DNA of 64,000 nt, from the NCBI GenBank assembly GCA_963753185.1, contig CAVWBO010000007.1:1360312-1424311 (forward strand), in the 5' to 3' direction. Positions 62,792 to 64,000 of this stretch are shown one piece after another. The translations under genes and the position numbers were made by a program. The stretch comes from an uncultured Acidimicrobiia bacterium (GTDB lineage Bacteria; Actinomycetota; Acidimicrobiia; Spongiisociales; UBA5794). The first letter of the stretch is position 1; each line of letters starts with the position of its first letter. The notes under the pieces were generated by a model. It did not search any database, was not told the origin of the DNA, and saw only the letters and a list, made by a program, of their open reading frames with translations.

Positions 62792-63493
62792 ATGCGAAGT
62801 GACAGAGCAAGGAACGCCTTGAGGCCCGTGCGCATCACGCGCGGCTACACGGAGATGACGCCGGGATCGGTCCTCATCGAGATGGGCAGGACGAGGGTGC
62901 TGTGCACCGTGTCCCTGAGCGACGACGTGCCGCCATGGCTGCGCGGCTCGGGGACGGGGTGGGTGACGGCCGAGTACTCGATGCTGCCAGGGTCGAGCGC
63001 CGATCGGATCAAGAGATCGTCGATCGACGGTGGCCGGACGAAGGAGATCCAGCGGCTGATCGGGAGGTCGCTGAGGGCAGCCGTCGACGTGCATGCGATG
63101 GGACCGATGACCGCCCAGGTCGACTGCGACGTCCTCCAGGCCGACGGAGGGACACGGACGGCCTCGATCACAGGGGCCTGGATCGCGCTCGCCGACGCGT
63201 TCGATGCCTGGGTGGCGGCAGGACGGATCGAGGCGAGCCCCATGATTCGCAACGTCGCAGCGGTGTCCGTGGGTGTCCTCGATGGTGTCGCCCTCCTCGA
63301 CCTCGACTATGTCGAGGACGTAGCCGTCGATGTCGACGCCAACGTCGTCATGACAGGGGACGGCGACCTGATCGAGGTCCAGGGAACCGCCGAGGGTGCG
63401 CCGTTCAGCAGGGGACTCCTCGACCAGATGCTCGACTACGCAGCGTCGGGGATCGGCGAGCTCGTCTCGATCCAGAACGGGTCCCGCTCGTGA
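62792..63493 (+). CDS. rph: ribonuclease PH
   Basis: GWVTAEYSMLP, GRTKEIQRLIGRSLR, DCDVLQADGGTRTASITG, EVQGTAEG. Confidence 0.97.
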   Translation: MRSDRARNALRPVRITRGYTEMTPGSVLIEMGRTRVLCTVSLSDDVPPWLRGSGTGWVTAEYSMLPGSSADRIKRSSIDGGRTKEIQRLIGRSLRAAVDVHAMGPMTAQVDCDVLQADGGTRTASITGAWIALADAFDAWVAAGRIEASPMIRNVAAVSVGVLDGVALLDLDYVEDVAVDVDANVVMTGDGDLIEVQGTAEGAPFSRGLLDQMLDYAASGIGELVSIQNGSRS

Positions 63494-64000
63494 GGCGCCC
63501 CCACGGCGTCGTGATCGCCTCGAAGAACCCGGACAAGATCAGCGAGATCGAAGCGGTCCTCGCCGGCCTCGATCCGCCCGTCGTGGTCATCCCCGGCCAC
63601 CTGTGGGAGGACGTCGCCGAGACCGAGGAGACGCTCGAGGCGAACGCGCTCTTGAAGGCGCGAGCCGTCGCTGCAGCGACCGGCCATGCGGCACTGGCGG
63701 ACGACACGGGTCTCGAGGTGGATGCGCTCGGGGGAGCGCCGGGTGTCCGGTCAGCCCGCTATGCCGGCGAGGATGCCACCTACGGCGACAACGTCGCTCT
63801 GCTCCTGTCGAACCTCGAAGGGATTCCTGATCGATCGGCGAGATTCCGCACGGCGATCGCCCTCGCCTCGCCGGGAGGGGAAAGCCTCGTGGTCGAGGGT
63901 GCGATCCAAGGTCACATAACGGAGTCGCCAAGGGGTGACGGTGGCTTCGGGTACGACCCCGTGTTCGAGGTCGCAGGCCGCACCTTCGCAGAGATGGGAC
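63490..64000 (+). CDS. rdgB: RdgB/HAM1 non-canonical purine NTP pyrophosphatase, 3'-truncated
   Basis: ASKNPDKISE, NALLKA, ADDTGLEVDALGGAPGVRSARYAG, GFGYDPVF. GTGA overlap with rph. Confidence 0.93.
   Translation, partial: MRRPHGVVIASKNPDKISEIEAVLAGLDPPVVVIPGHLWEDVAETEETLEANALLKARAVAAATGHAALADDTGLEVDALGGAPGVRSARYAGEDATYGDNVALLLSNLEGIPDRSARFRTAIALASPGGESLVVEGAIQGHITESPRGDGGFGYDPVFEVAGRTFAEMG

Overview
GC-rich actinobacterial chromosome segment, most likely class Acidimicrobiia (inferred from gene content, not from a marker gene). It is densely packed with housekeeping genes and shows no mobile element, CRISPR array, rRNA or tRNA. Contents in order: lpd-E2-lipB/lipA fusion-M24 peptidase, tkt-pepA, a MoeB-like E1, an ABC exporter, a class A PBP, a propionyl-CoA/methylmalonyl-CoA block, cofE/cofD, a cell-envelope glycosylation block (GT2-like, DUF5719, GT-C-like, GtrA, GT2, manB), ahcY, comF-hpf-RR-secA-prfB, ftsEX-M23-smpB, tmRNA (tag ADESYALAA), pfkA, and MDMPI-JAMM-MBL-rph-rdgB. 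The most unusual signal is non-coding. At about 60133-60340 a predicted promoter precedes a highly structured RNA that carries a 17-nt complement to the 16S rRNA 3' end and a 14-codon ORF. Other signals: a structured leader upstream of hpf hidden in the comF 3' extension, a TCAA-N16-GCCGAT (sigma28/WhiG-like) motif before three exported-protein genes, pervasive leaderless promoters, and several apparent pseudo-enzymes and fusions. All family assignments come from motif recognition by eye, with no database search.
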